A DNA stretch of 64,000 nt, taken from Gaiellaceae bacterium (GTDB lineage Bacteria > Actinomycetota > Thermoleophilia > Gaiellales > Gaiellaceae). Where the stretch lies: positions 166-64,165 of the forward strand of contig DATBJE010000267.1 in the NCBI GenBank assembly GCA_036556565.1, read 5' to 3'. Position numbers and translations under genes: made by a program. Positions within the stretch are counted from its first letter, which is position 1. Every line of letters begins with the position of its first letter. Positions 1-8,066 of this stretch are shown one piece after another. The notes beneath the pieces are model-generated. The model did not search any database. It had not been told where the DNA came from and saw nothing but the letters and a program-made list of their open reading frames with translations.

Positions 1-1
1 T

Positions 2-1099
2 GTGGTACCGCCTGCCGTTCGCGGAGTTGGCCAGGGTCAGGTTGAACTGGAACCGCCCCTCGACCAGCGGAAGACGCTCCACGTCGAAGCGGATCTCGGC
101 GCCTCCCTGTCCGTCCCACCCGAGCTCTCCCAGATCGCGCGCAGAGTGGCCGAGCAACGCGCCCGAGCTGTCGCGAAGCTCGACCGCGAGCACCGGCGGC
201 GGTGTCTCCTCGAGTCTCTCGACGCGAATGCGCAGGGAGAGCGGGTCCTCGGTCGCGAAGTACTCGCGCGGCTCGCCGTCCGCCCCGACCAGGCGCGCCT
301 CGGTGACACGCACCTCACCGGTGCCCCACTCCCGGAGACCCGCTGAGCGCTCCGCGGGGTTCTCCTCTCCGGCCAGGAGCACCTGGTACTGGCGGATCGC
401 CTCCGCGGTGTCGCCGTCGTACTCGACCCGACCCTGCCGAAGGAGCAGGGCGCGATCGCACATCCGCTCGAGCGCGGCGGCCGAGTGGGAGACGAATGCG
501 ATCGTCTTGCCCTGCTCGCGGAAGCCGAGAATCCGATCGATGCACTTCCGCTGGAACGCCTCGTCCCCCACGGCGAAGACCTCGTCGAGCAGCAGGATGT
601 CCGCGTCGACGTTGACGGCGATGGCAAAGCCCAGCCGCATGTGCATGCCCGCGGAGTACGTCCGGAGGGGAAGGTCGATGAAGCGGTCGAGCTCGCTGAA
701 CTCGACGATCTCCTCGAAGCGCCGGTCCACCTCCTGCTTGCGCAGGCCGTAGATCGACGCGCTGAGGTAGATGTTGTCCCGTCCGGTGAAGTCCTGGTGG
801 AAGCCCGCCCCGAGCTCGAGCAGCGAGCCGATGCGACCGTCCACCGAGAGGCTGCCGTTCGTCGGCCGGAAGACACCCGCGAGGAGCCGGAGCAGGGTCG
901 TCTTGCCGGACCCGTTCCGCCCCATGAACCCGACCGACTCTCCCGGCTCGATCGTGAACGAGACATCGCGCACCGCCCAGACCTCGACCGGCCGCAGGTG
1001 GCGCCGGCGGACGATCGCCTCCTTCAACGTCACGTGGCGCTGCGGGTAGACCCTGAACCGTCGGCTGATGTTCTCAGCGCGGATTGTTCCCGGAGTCAT
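2..1099 (-). CDS. wzt: ABC transporter ATP-binding protein, Wzt/TagH type, with C-terminal glycan-binding-like extension (3' end leaves the window)
   Basis: Absent from the ORF track (no in-window stop). Own minus-strand translation from ATG 1099..1097 gives MTPGTIRAENISRRF. Walker A GRNGSGKTT, signature YSAGMHMRLGFA, Walker B ILLLDEVFAVGD and H-loop FVSHS are present. A >110-aa beta-rich tail follows (EWGTGEVRVTEARL...GRFQFNLTL), resembling the Wzt C-terminal carbohydrate-binding domain. Confidence 0.85.
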   Translation of the reverse strand, partial: MTPGTIRAENISRRFRVYPQRHVTLKEAIVRRRHLRPVEVWAVRDVSFTIEPGESVGFMGRNGSGKTTLLRLLAGVFRPTNGSLSVDGRIGSLLELGAGFHQDFTGRDNIYLSASIYGLRKQEVDRRFEEIVEFSELDRFIDLPLRTYSAGMHMRLGFAIAVNVDADILLLDEVFAVGDEAFQRKCIDRILGFREQGKTIAFVSHSAAALERMCDRALLLRQGRVEYDGDTAEAIRQYQVLLAGEENPAERSAGLREWGTGEVRVTEARLVGADGEPREYFATEDPLSLRIRVERLEETPPPVLAVELRDSSGALLGHSARDLGELGWDGQGGAEIRFDVERLPLVEGRFQFNLTLANSANGRRYH

Positions 1100-1109
1100 C
1101 GCCCTTGGG

Positions 1110-1904
1110 TTACAGCGTCGCGGAGACCTGGTCGTCCATGCGGCTCGCGACGAAGACGCCGAGAACGAGCGAGACGGCACCCGCCACGACGCAGTAGATG
1201 ACGTCTCCGAGGGCGGGAAGCTCGCCGAAGAAGATCGGGTCGCGGATCGCCTGGACGAACGGCGTCACGAAGTTGACGTAGTAGATGACGTCGGCGACCC
1301 ACTCGTTGCCTTCGAGCCCTGGAAGTCGGTCGAGCGTGTAGAAGACCGGCGTGATGAAGAACCACGGCAGAAAGATCGTGATCATCAGGTGCTCGATGTC
1401 CCGATAGACCACCGTGAGGTACGCGAACGCGACGGCAAGGCCGCTCGCGAGCGCCACGAGCGGGATGACCAGCGGCAGCGCCGCCCAGAAGGTCGTCCTC
1501 GTCTCGGGAATGATCACGAGGTTCAAGACGATCGCGATCGCGAGCATCGCCCCCAGGGTCACGATGTTCGTCGCGACAACGGCGAGAGGCAGCATGTGTC
1601 GCGGGAAGCGCACCTGCTTGACCAGCATCGGCTGGGCGAACAGGCTGGAGCACGCCATCTGGACGGCCGAGTTGAAGAACACCCACGTCACGAGGCCGGA
1701 GACGACGAAGAGCGGATAGTGCGGGATGTCGAACGCCTTCAAGAGGACCGAGAAGACGAGGGTGTAGACGGCGATGAGCGCCAGCGGGTTCACCAGCGTC
1801 CACGCCAGTCCCAGGACCGACCCGCGGTATTTCCCGTGCAGCTCGCGTCGGAAGATGTTCAGGAAGAGGTCCGGGTACCGGACGACATCGGCATAGAGGC
1901 TCAA
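1110..1904 (-). CDS. wzm: ABC-2 type polysaccharide exporter permease (Wzm)
   Basis: 264 aa with about 6 hydrophobic helices. N-terminal FRRELHGKYRGSVLGLAWTLVNP motif is typical of Wzm/TagG. TTG start; ends 10 nt upstream of wzt. Confidence 0.85.
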   Translation of the reverse strand: MSLYADVVRYPDLFLNIFRRELHGKYRGSVLGLAWTLVNPLALIAVYTLVFSVLLKAFDIPHYPLFVVSGLVTWVFFNSAVQMACSSLFAQPMLVKQVRFPRHMLPLAVVATNIVTLGAMLAIAIVLNLVIIPETRTTFWAALPLVIPLVALASGLAVAFAYLTVVYRDIEHLMITIFLPWFFITPVFYTLDRLPGLEGNEWVADVIYYVNFVTPFVQAIRDPIFFGELPALGDVIYCVVAGAVSLVLGVFVASRMDDQVSATL

Positions 1905-1913
1905 GACGCGACA

Positions 1914-1919
1914 AGTGTA
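1914..1919 (-). promoter_or_regulatory. -10-like TACACT box 9 nt upstream of the wzm TTG start
   Basis: Minus strand reads TACACT-TGTCGCGTC-TTG. TANNNT is rare in this GC background. Confidence 0.4.
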
Positions 1920-1930
1920 GGCGCGCCATC

Positions 1931-3100
1931 ATGAGGTGGCGGAGAACGCCCGAGCGCGGCGGGCGCCTTCCCAGCCTCGGTCAGGACTTCACAGAGGGCC
2001 ACCGCTCCTACGTCCGGCACATCGGCCCGGCCGCCGAGCTCTGGCTGCGCACGAAGCCGTTCAGCGCGCCGGCGGGGCGGGAGCTCGTCGAGTGCCTCAG
2101 GACCTTCGCCCATATCGTCGACCGCCTCGGGCTCGGGCTGCGGGACCAGGTGCTCGACGTCGGCTGCGGGCCAGGCTGGCTGAGCGAGTTCCTCGCGCGG
2201 TGCGGCTACGCGGTAACCGGCGTGGACGTCTCGGAGGACATGGTGGCGATCGCACGGCGCCGCCTGGACGGGATCACGGAGCCGGTCGGCGTCGGGATCG
2301 AGGCGGTGGGGGAGTTCCATGCCATGCCCGTGCTGGAGCTGCCCTGGAAGGCGCGGTTCGACGCCGCGATCCTCTACGACGCCATGCACCACTTCGACGA
2401 CGAGGCGGCGACGCTCGAGGTGATCCGCCGCACGCTCGTCCCCGGCGGCCGGATCTTCATCCACGAGGGGGTTCGTCCGGAGCCCGGCTCGGAAGGCGAG
2501 CAGTTCCTGATCGACGAGATGAGGGAGTACGGGACCCTCGAGTCGCCGTTCGACGCCGAGTACCTCGTCGCCGTCGTCCGCAAGGCCGGATTCACGGACG
2601 TGGCCCGGTTCGCGGCGCTCGACGAGCTGCTCGACGTCTCGGCCTCGGAGGAGGAGCTGCGCCGCGTCCAAGCGCGGGTGCAGTACCCGCCGATGAACAC
2701 CGTTGTGGCTGTGAACCCGACGCCTGTGGAGCAGGCGTTCGCCGCCCGAATCGAGCTGGGCGCCTGGCGTGAGGCGGCGGACGGGGACCTGACCCTCGGG
2801 GTCACTGTCACGAACGCCGGGCGCTGCTACTGGCCGAACGAGCTGGGCTCCACCGTCCAGCACGGCGTCGTGACGCTCGGGCCCTACGTCGGGGACGGCG
2901 GGGAGCGCGTCGAGCTTCCGCGGTCGCCGTTGCCACGCGGTCTCTCGTCGGGGGAATCGGTCGAGACCGAGCTCCGGGTTGCACGAGCCGAGCTCGAGGG
3001 GCGAAAGGAGCTCCGCGTCGACCTCGTGCGCGAGGGAATCGCCTGGTTCGCCGAGTGCGGGTCGGAGCCGGTGGTCATCCCGCTGCCGGCGGACGGGTAG
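1931..3100 (+). CDS. Class I SAM-dependent methyltransferase with ~130-aa C-terminal beta-rich (Ig-like) domain; candidate chain-terminating O-methyltransferase
   Basis: Motif I VLDVGCGPGWLSEFLA and LVPGGRIFIHE. Tail LTLGVTVTNAGRCYWP...ELRVDLVREGIAWF. Divergent from wzm/wzt. Confidence 0.8.
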   Translation: MRWRRTPERGGRLPSLGQDFTEGHRSYVRHIGPAAELWLRTKPFSAPAGRELVECLRTFAHIVDRLGLGLRDQVLDVGCGPGWLSEFLARCGYAVTGVDVSEDMVAIARRRLDGITEPVGVGIEAVGEFHAMPVLELPWKARFDAAILYDAMHHFDDEAATLEVIRRTLVPGGRIFIHEGVRPEPGSEGEQFLIDEMREYGTLESPFDAEYLVAVVRKAGFTDVARFAALDELLDVSASEEELRRVQARVQYPPMNTVVAVNPTPVEQAFAARIELGAWREAADGDLTLGVTVTNAGRCYWPNELGSTVQHGVVTLGPYVGDGGERVELPRSPLPRGLSSGESVETELRVARAELEGRKELRVDLVREGIAWFAECGSEPVVIPLPADG

Positions 3101-3103
3101 CCC

Positions 3104-4186
3104 GTGCGGATCGTCGTCGACGTCACGCCGCTCGCGCTCCCGCGCACAGGCATCGGGAACTACGTCCTCGGGATGCTCCGCGGCCTCACCGAAGCCGGGA
3201 GCGAGCACGAGGTCGTGGCCTTCTCGGCACTGGCACCGCCAGGCAAGCGGAGGGTCGCGCAGGCGCTCGACGGGCTGCGCCTCGAGCACCGGCTCATCAC
3301 GGTGCCGCCGAGGTCTCACTACTGGAGGACCGCATGGAGTCGTTTCGGGCACGGGCCCGTCGAATGGCTCGCGGGACCGCTCGATGTCTTCCACTTCTCC
3401 GACTGGATGTACCCACCGCAGCGCGGCGGCCTGCGCGCGACCACGATCCACGACCTCGTCCCGCTCCGTCATCCGGACTGGGTCCACCCCCAGACCCACC
3501 GAATGCACTCCCGCAAGTACGAGCACGCGGCGCACACCTGCGACCTGATCGTCGTGAACTCGGAGTTCACGGCGGGCGAGGTGGTCGAGCTGCTCGCGGT
3601 CCCACGGGAGCGCATCCGCGTGGCGTATCCGGGGTTGGATCCGGCTTTCGGACCGGACGGGCCGGCGCACGACCTGGGACGACCGTACCTCCTCACCGTC
3701 GCCACCTTGGAGCGGCGCAAGAACCTCGAGACGCTGCTCGAGGCGATGCCGATCGTCCGCCGAGCCCGGCCGGAGCTACGCCTGGCAGTCGTCGGCGCTC
3801 CCGGCTGGCAGGCGCCGACGTTGGAGGCGGCGGACGTCGTTCAGCTCGGCTACGTGGACGACTCCGAGCTCGCGTCGCTCTATCGCGGCGCGGAGGCGTT
3901 CGTCTACCCGTCGCGGTTCGAGGGCTTCGGGATCCCGATCGTGGAGGCCATGGCCTGCGGGACGCCGGTCGTCGCATCGGCGCATCCCTCGATGGACGAG
4001 GCGAGCGGCGAGGCCGCTGTGCGCGCGGACCCGGACAGCGCGGAGGCGATCGCGGCAGGGATCGAGCGGTCACTGGGCGATCGCGAGACGCGGGCGGAGC
4101 GCGGCCTCGTGCACGCGCGTCGTTTCACCGCCCGAGCGCAGGGCGAGGCGATCCTTCGGGCCTACGGCCAGGCTCGTCCGGCTTGA
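3104..4186 (+). CDS. Glycosyltransferase, GT4 (GT-B) family
   Basis: GTG start. EGFGIPIVEAMACGTPVVAS EX7E region; RKNLETLLEA linker typical of group 1 GTs. Confidence 0.85.
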   Translation: MRIVVDVTPLALPRTGIGNYVLGMLRGLTEAGSEHEVVAFSALAPPGKRRVAQALDGLRLEHRLITVPPRSHYWRTAWSRFGHGPVEWLAGPLDVFHFSDWMYPPQRGGLRATTIHDLVPLRHPDWVHPQTHRMHSRKYEHAAHTCDLIVVNSEFTAGEVVELLAVPRERIRVAYPGLDPAFGPDGPAHDLGRPYLLTVATLERRKNLETLLEAMPIVRRARPELRLAVVGAPGWQAPTLEAADVVQLGYVDDSELASLYRGAEAFVYPSRFEGFGIPIVEAMACGTPVVASAHPSMDEASGEAAVRADPDSAEAIAAGIERSLGDRETRAERGLVHARRFTARAQGEAILRAYGQARPA

Positions 4187-4196
4187 TACTCCCGGC

Positions 4197-4898
4197 GTGG
4201 CCGACGCGAGTCAGGGCGAAGGTGGGGTCGACCGCCTGGTGCGCAGGCGCTTCTTTCCGAACGTCATTAGCGGCGTTTTCGTCGACGTCGGCGCGGCCGG
4301 GCCCGACTTCCTCTCCATGAGCGCGCTGTACCGGGATCTCGGCTGGCGGGTGATCGCGGTCGAGCCCAACCCCGACTTCGTCGAGGCGCACCGTTCCGCC
4401 GGGCATGAGGTCTACGCCTACGCCTGCTCCGACCGTGACGCAGACGACGTCGACTTCGAGATCGTCGACTCACACGGCAGCGCCTACAAGGGCGGGGCCG
4501 TCTCGTGGGAGTCGTTCTCCTCGCTGGAGATCAAGCCGGCCTATCGGGCCCTGAAGGACGATCTGGACGTCCGGCGGATCAAGGTGAATGTTCGGCGGCT
4601 GGACACGATCCTGGGCGAGCACGCACCGGAGGTCGACCGGATCGACATCGTTTCCGTCGACGTCGAGGGCTGGGAGCTCGAGGTCCTGAGTGGGCTCACC
4701 TTCGAGCGTTACCGGCCCAAGGTGGTGATCGTCGAGAACCTCTTCTCCGAGGCGAGTTACCGCCGCGCCCTGCGCGACCTGGGCTACACGCTCTGGCGGC
4801 GGCGAGGGCCGAACGACGTCTATGTCTCAGCGGCCGACCTCTCAGCTCGCGAGCGCGCCGCCGCCTGGGTGACCCGACGGCTTTCTCGATCCATCTGA
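4197..4898 (+). CDS. FkbM-family methyltransferase
   Basis: VFVDVGAAGPDF SAM loop and IDIVSVDVEGWELEVLSGL motif characteristic of FkbM-type sugar O-methyltransferases. Confidence 0.8.
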   Translation: MADASQGEGGVDRLVRRRFFPNVISGVFVDVGAAGPDFLSMSALYRDLGWRVIAVEPNPDFVEAHRSAGHEVYAYACSDRDADDVDFEIVDSHGSAYKGGAVSWESFSSLEIKPAYRALKDDLDVRRIKVNVRRLDTILGEHAPEVDRIDIVSVDVEGWELEVLSGLTFERYRPKVVIVENLFSEASYRRALRDLGYTLWRRRGPNDVYVSAADLSARERAAAWVTRRLSRSI

Positions 4899-4925
4899 TC
4901 GGGAAAGAGCGCGTACCATCGAGGC

Positions 4926-5234
4926 GTGCCGTCGACGGACAGCCCGCCCAGCGGCGACGACAGGACAGACTTGACGCGGCGCCTCGAGGACGCAGAGGCT
5001 GAGCTCGACGCGCTGCGGACCGCGCACGAGGCGCAGGCTCGTTTCCTCGTCCAGGAGCGCCTAGCCCTCGCCGACGAGATCGAGCGGGAGATGCAGATCC
5101 TCCAGGAAGAGATCGACTGGCGGACCGGGGTGATGGAGCACCAGCAGGAAGTCATCGAGATCTTCCAGAACTCACGCTCGCTCCGGTACACGGAGCCGTT
5201 TCGCAAGGTCGCCCGCGCCTTCCGTCGCAGTTGA
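4926..5234 (+). CDS. Small coiled-coil protein, unknown function
   Basis: 102 aa with heptad-rich LEDAEAELDALRTAHEAQARFL...EIEREMQILQEEI. Ends in SRSLRYTEPFRKV, resembling the S-x-S-W-R-x-T-x-P-L-R tail seen after coiled coils in O-antigen enzymes. 4-nt overlap with the next gene. Confidence 0.55.
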   Translation: MPSTDSPPSGDDRTDLTRRLEDAEAELDALRTAHEAQARFLVQERLALADEIEREMQILQEEIDWRTGVMEHQQEVIEIFQNSRSLRYTEPFRKVARAFRRS

Positions 5235-7168
5235 CCGACACGCTCGCCGTCAGCACTGTCGACACGCCGCTCGTCTCGGTCGTGATGGTCACGCACGGCG
5301 CCGGCGAGACGGCAGTCAAGGCGGTCAAGGCCCTGATCGAGAACACCGACGAGCCGTTCGAACTCGTCATCGTCGACAACCCCTCGGGCGACCGAACGGC
5401 GGCGGCGCTGAAAGAGAACATCCAGGGCGCGACGATCGTCGAGAACGAGGACAACGTCGGATTCGCGCGAGCCTCCAACCAGGGCGCGGACCTGTGCTCA
5501 GGGCACTTTCTGTGCTTCCTCAATCCCGACTCGTTCGTCCAGCCCGGATGGCTTCGCCCGCTGCTGCAGGCGTTCGAGCGCAACGAATCAGTCGGCGTGG
5601 CCGTGCCGCTCTTCCTCCACGAGGACGGCCGCGTCCAGGAGGCCGGGTCGGCTCTCGACTCGCGAGGCGTGGCGTTCTCGGTCGGCGACGGAGAAGACGC
5701 AAGTTCGTTCTCCGTACGCTTTCCCCGCCCCATCGACTTCGGTTCGGCCGCCTGCCTGGTCGTGCGAGCCGACCTCTTCGACGAGGTCGACGGCTTCGAT
5801 CCCGTCTACACGCCGGCGTACTACGAGGACGCCGATCTCTGCTTCCGGCTGAATGCGCGTGGCTACATCACGGTCTACGAGCCCGACTCGCGAGTCGTTC
5901 ATCTCCGCGGCGGCAGCACGCCACGTGCACGAAGGCTCACGTGGATGAACCGAAGGATCTTCCTCGAGCGGTGGCGGGATCGCCTGGAGCTCAGGAAACC
6001 ACTCCGCGCCGACCAGGACAACCCACGCATGCATCCGGCCCATCGCGACGCGGAGCAGCTCGAACGCATCCTCGTCATCGACGACCGCGTGCCACACCAT
6101 GACCGGGGGTCAGGCGACCCTCGGATGGCGAAGCTCGTCGCCGAGGTCGCCGACCTATGGCCGGACGCGCGCGTGACGTTCCTTGGGGCGGTTCCGTCGA
6201 ACGCCGAGCGCTATGCCGCGCCGTTGCTCGCGCAAGGCATCGAGGTGGCGGTCGCCGACGATCAGGTGCGCCAGTGGTTCGAGCAACGCCGTTACCACTA
6301 CTCCGTCGTCCTCGTCAGCCGGGCCTCGAACATCGACCGCTTCGAACAGGAGCTCAGGCGGACTCAAGCCCAGGCCAGGCGGATCTATGACATCGAGGCG
6401 CTCGCCTTCCGGCGAGAAGACGACGAGCAGACGGCGAAGCTGGAGGAGCTCGAGGGCGCCGGAATCGGCGGCGCCGACGTCGTGCTGTGCGCATCGGAGG
6501 ACGAGGCATCGTATGCCCGCGACCGGACCGACGCGCCAGTGTTCGTCCTACCGACCTACGTGGACCCCCTGGAGCATCCGCCCGGCTACGAGGATCGGGC
6601 CGGTGTCGCCTTCTTCGGGGGCTTCCTGGCCGGGCCCGGCGGGCCGAACGAGGACGCCGCAGCGCACCTCGTCAGGGACGTGATGCCGCTGCTCTGGGAG
6701 CGGCTGCCGGCGCTCGAGGTCGAGATCCTGGGCGCCAATCCGACCCCCGTCGTCCGCGAGCTCCAGGGCCCGCGCGTGAATGTCGTCGGTTTCGTCCCGG
6801 ACCCGATCGACCGGCTCTCTCGCCTTCGCGTCCACGTCCATCCGTTGCGCATCGGCGCCGGCATCAAGCTCAAGCTCATCGACACGATGGCCGCGGGCCT
6901 CCCCTTCGTCACGACACCGACTGGAGCTGAAGGGCTCGGGCTCGCGGATCTCGAGGACGTGCTCGTCGCAGAGTCGCCGTCCGACCTCACACGGCTCGCG
7001 CTCGAGCTCTACGAGAACGCCGGGCTCTGGGCCGACGTCCAAGGGCGTCTGCTCGACCTGGTGAGTAGACGCTTCGGCCGGGAGTCGTTTCGCCGCACCC
7101 TGATCGAGGCGTTCGCGAATATCGGCGTGGCGCCGCCCGCTGGACGGGTGCTCAGCTCCGCGGAGTGA
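5231..7168 (+). CDS. Bifunctional glycosyltransferase: N-terminal GT2 plus C-terminal GT-B (GT4-like) domain
   Basis: N-terminal VSVVMVTHGAGE...ELVIVDNPSGDRT, DSFV and YEDADLCFRL (GT2). C-terminal half has the Rossmann/GT-B pattern (VGFVPD...IKLKLIDTMAAGLPFVTT). Confidence 0.75.
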   Translation: MTDTLAVSTVDTPLVSVVMVTHGAGETAVKAVKALIENTDEPFELVIVDNPSGDRTAAALKENIQGATIVENEDNVGFARASNQGADLCSGHFLCFLNPDSFVQPGWLRPLLQAFERNESVGVAVPLFLHEDGRVQEAGSALDSRGVAFSVGDGEDASSFSVRFPRPIDFGSAACLVVRADLFDEVDGFDPVYTPAYYEDADLCFRLNARGYITVYEPDSRVVHLRGGSTPRARRLTWMNRRIFLERWRDRLELRKPLRADQDNPRMHPAHRDAEQLERILVIDDRVPHHDRGSGDPRMAKLVAEVADLWPDARVTFLGAVPSNAERYAAPLLAQGIEVAVADDQVRQWFEQRRYHYSVVLVSRASNIDRFEQELRRTQAQARRIYDIEALAFRREDDEQTAKLEELEGAGIGGADVVLCASEDEASYARDRTDAPVFVLPTYVDPLEHPPGYEDRAGVAFFGGFLAGPGGPNEDAAAHLVRDVMPLLWERLPALEVEILGANPTPVVRELQGPRVNVVGFVPDPIDRLSRLRVHVHPLRIGAGIKLKLIDTMAAGLPFVTTPTGAEGLGLADLEDVLVAESPSDLTRLALELYENAGLWADVQGRLLDLVSRRFGRESFRRTLIEAFANIGVAPPAGRVLSSAE

Positions 7169-8066
7169 GGACGAAGAACGCGAAGTCGCTCGGCAGCACG
7201 CGCTCGGTCACGAGCACTTCCTCGAAGAGCGACATCAGGTCGAGCAGCGCAACGTCTTTCGGATCGTCCTCGTGGAAGTTCGCTGCGATATCCGCGAGGA
7301 GGAACTGGAGCAGCGTCCCACCGAAGTCCGCCCGGTAGAGCACCTCGAACCGGGACTCAAGGGTCGCGACGATCTCGTCCGACCGAATCGACTCCGACGG
7401 GTCGACGCGGGCAATCTCCTCGGCCGGCGTGCGCTCGAAGTGCTCCTTCACGAAGTCGTTCACGGGGTTCACACGCATGTCCGCGGGCAGGGTCTCGAGG
7501 ATGCGGTTCATCAGGTCCTGTGTCTTGTCGAGCCACTGGAAGCGCGCCGGGCCGATGTACTCGTTGACCACGAAGATTCCCCCGGGCCTCAGTGACCGCG
7601 CGACCTCGTCCAGGAGGTGCTCCAGGGCTTCGACGTGGTGCAACACCATCGCCGCGATCACCACGTCGTACGAGCCCGGTTCGAGCTCGATCGTGTTGAG
7701 GTCCGCCTGCCCGTACTCGATCACGTCCCTGAGACCCTCCTCGGCCGCGAGCCCGCGGGCCACACCGAGGGCTTCGTCGGAGAGGTCGACCGCGTCGAAG
7801 CCTCGAGCGAGACCGAGCCGGATCGCCTCGCGCTCGGTCCAGCCGTGGCCACAGCCAAGACTCAGCCCCCGCTCGGCTCCCCCGGGAAGGAAGCGGCGCT
7901 TGGTGAAGGACAGCCACCCCTCATCCTGTTCGCCGGTGATCCGGCGGTTGATGTGGCGGACCGTGACGGGGTGCGCTTGCCAGTACCGGTACCTCCAGGC
8001 GTCGCCCTCGGCCTTCTCCCGCGCCTTCTGCCCCCAGAGCTCGGAAGTGATCTCCTCGCGCGTCAT
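7152..8066 (-). CDS. Class I SAM-dependent methyltransferase
   Basis: Start moved to ATG 8066 (MTREEITSELW), forming an ATGA overlap with the upstream GT-C stop. GLSLGCGHGW motif I, VVIAAMVLHHV and LRPGGIFVVNE. Confidence 0.8.
   Translation of the reverse strand: MTREEITSELWGQKAREKAEGDAWRYRYWQAHPVTVRHINRRITGEQDEGWLSFTKRRFLPGGAERGLSLGCGHGWTEREAIRLGLARGFDAVDLSDEALGVARGLAAEEGLRDVIEYGQADLNTIELEPGSYDVVIAAMVLHHVEALEHLLDEVARSLRPGGIFVVNEYIGPARFQWLDKTQDLMNRILETLPADMRVNPVNDFVKEHFERTPAEEIARVDPSESIRSDEIVATLESRFEVLYRADFGGTLLQFLLADIAANFHEDDPKDVALLDLMSLFEEVLVTERVLPSDFAFFVLTPRS

Noticed and set aside
27-1201. Track ORFs 2..346, 27..752, 37..966 and 485..1201 at the left edge.
   Set aside because: All are alternative frames or antisense of the Wzt ATPase gene. 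Its Walker A/B, signature and H-loop motifs read cleanly in the minus frame starting at ATG 1099.
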